In this document: positions 61,861 to 64,000 of the stretch, in pieces | Layout: every line of letters begins with the position of its first letter | How positions within the stretch are numbered: position 1 is the first letter of the stretch | DNA from: Podarcis tiliguerta | Taxonomy: Eukaryota | Length of the DNA: 64,000 nucleotides | Assembly (NCBI GenBank): GCA_965153285.1 | Contig: OZ229119.1 | Reading direction: 5' to 3' (one strand) | The notes under the pieces: generated by a model | The model's input: the letters and a program-made list of their open reading frames with translations, nothing else | Told to the model about the DNA's origin: nothing | Databases searched by the model: none | Position numbers and translations under genes: made by a program

Positions 61861-63307
61861 TGAATCCTGCCTCCCCTTCGTCACGCTCCTTTATTGATAA
61901 GAAGAAATTAAAAACTTGATGGAGCATAGGACATCTCCCCCTGCAGAGCTTTCCTTCTGGCATCCCTCCTGGCTTCAGTAGATACTGATTTCCAAACAGG
62001 CAAGGGTGCGTCAATTTTTGGGTAGGGTGGTTTTCTTTTTACATCGCCTTTATTGGAGACCCTCTTCCCCCCAAAACAGTAACCCCGAGCTAATTCGTCG
62101 GCATAAGAAGCGAAGTCAAGTTGTGACACTGCAGCTTTGCAGAACGAACTCCCGCAGGATGGCAGCCTGAGCGGATGGAAATGATGGGCTTATCTGTATC
62201 AGAGCGAGAGATAAAGCATGTGACCTTTTAGAAATACTCACCAGGCTGCAATCCTGGGCTGTGTGCGGGAGAGGTAGTTTTCAAAGCATTGAAAAGGACA
62301 TGCCGGACAAGTTTGCTCCGGAAGCCTTGTGGAAGGATGCCGCTGGCTGCTAGAATGCTGTTATTTACAAAGCAAAGATATTAAAGCCATAAAGAGCAGA
62401 ATGTGCTGCTGTGCTGTCAATCAAAGGGTGCCGCAAGGGTGCCAGAAAGGCCACCTTGGCCGCACAGCACCCTTTGATTACACACCAGAGCAGCTGGAGA
62501 AGACAGGCTGAAATGTTTTGCAATCCCTCTCTTTTGTTTGCTTGCTGTCATCTTCCTGTATTGCCCTTGTGCCAAGTCTGAATAACGGAGATACAAAGAG
62601 TACTATTGGAGATTTTGTTTTTTGCTGGGGGGTGCGTGGGTGGGCGCAAGAGGAAGGGAAAGCTGGTTGCAAGAATTTCCGATCTATTCTGTCTGGCCTA
62701 CAAATTGTGTGGCCGGTTTCCGCCCGCCACGTGCTGCCTTCGCAAGCTGAATGCAAAGATTATTGCTGCCCTGTCCTTTATTTCCCTGACCTCTGGTTCA
62801 TATTTATTGAATGCACTAACCCTGGACTCCCGGGTCGTAGTGCAACACTTGATAACGGCTATACCGCACTGGAGCTCGGATACGCCTTCTTCGATACACC
62901 TCCCTTCTTTTGTTCTCTCTCTCCCCCTCCTTTTTTGTCTGTGCCACTGTCTCTACATGTACATTTTCTTACTGGGGACCCACCTCTGAAGTTTGCCACA
63001 TTCAGTACTGGCAAAACTGCAGGGATTACGTCCCTGTCTGCTGCCCCGGTTGTGTGAAAGTGGCAGAGAATTGCTGGGGAAGGGGGAGGTGGAAGTGTAA
63101 TGGTCTTGCTTGGGTTGTGGGCAGAGGGTTTGCCCAGGGGACAGATGGGGTTTTGGAGTTTCACAATGCTGCCCTCCTTCACCTTTTTCAGTAATTCATA
63201 ATATATACATTGTTGGATTTATCGCCAAGCCACCCCCACAACTCATGGTCCGTATAAACAATAGCACGTTGTCTATATCGAAATACATTTATCCCTATAA
63301 ATGTATA

Positions 63308-63685
63308 GGGTGGCGCTGTGGTCTAAACCACTGAGCCTCTTGGGCTTGCCAATTGGAAGGTCGGTGGTTCGAATCCCTGCAACTGAGTGAGCTCCTGTTT
63401 CTCTGTCCCAGCTCCTGCCAACCTAGCAGTTCGAAAGCAGGCCAGTGCAAGTAGATAAATAGGTACCGCTGTGCCAGGAAGGTAAATGGCAATTCTGTGC
63501 ACTCCGGTTTATATCACGGTGTTCCGTTGTGCCAGAAGCGGTTTAGTCATTCTGGCCACATGACCCGGAAAGCTGTCTGTGGACAAACGCTGGCTCCCTC
63601 AGCCTGAAAGCGAGATGATCGCCACAACCCAATAGTCACCCTTGACTGGGCTTAACCATCCAGGGGCCCTTTACCTTTACCTTTT
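63308..63685 (+). mobile_element. Sauria SINE in ST8SIA1 intron 1
   Basis: 16-bp TSD TACATTTATCCCTATA (63284-63299 and 63686-63701). Confidence 0.92.
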
Positions 63686-64000
63686 TACATTTATCCCTAT
63701 ATCTAAATAAATATCTGCATTTATCATTCCATTTCTAATTCATTTATCCCTATATCTTTTTTGATATCTTTTTTTAATTGAAAGATTTTCCATAAGTAAT
63801 AAAAGTGCGTTCAATGTCTCTGTTAGCATTTCCCTTGACTCTCTCCCCTACTTCCCTCCACATCATTCACTCCCTCCTCCCCTGAGAGTAGCCCTCCCCA
63901 CCCCCTGCAGCCGAGAGGAAATGACAGTCCTGAGCTGATTCAAGTCTACTTTGTTTTCCTTTCATTTCTGTTTCCTCTGCAATTGGTCTCCTCCAGATGT

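Noticed and set aside
60872-62014. 380-aa minus-strand ORF
   Set aside because: Lies antisense across the CpG island, has low-complexity R/G/P/A composition and no recognisable domain; stop codons are rare in GC-rich DNA
1-64000. Prokaryotic-type systems (operons, CRISPR, defence islands, prophage)
   Set aside because: The window is intron-rich vertebrate DNA and no such features are present

Overview
This is vertebrate, not prokaryotic, DNA, most likely a squamate and probably a lacertid lizard, judged from seven Sauria-SINE copies. On the + strand it holds the 3' part of C2CD5 (KIAA0528/CDP138): 16 visible GT-AG exons from 14656 to the stop at 48510 that splice into one open frame, and a polyA signal at 49802. 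After about 11 kb comes the CpG-island promoter and coding exon 1 of ST8SIA1 (GD3 synthase, 61493-61728), the same tandem arrangement as in mammals. Introns and the intergenic region contain SINEs, L2/CR1/RTE LINE remnants, Tc1-mariner and hAT MITEs, a piggyBac relic and a solo LTR. Most entries in the ORF track are spurious. The best leads are: (1) several frame-preserving candidate microexons and an in-frame alternative donor in C2CD5; (2) two N-gaps of exactly 132 nt, each directly after a polypyrimidine tract and probably hiding exons; (3) a chain of uORFs linked by ATGA start/stop overlaps leading into the ST8SIA1 start codon. Comparisons to human proteins and repeat families are from memory, not from a database search.
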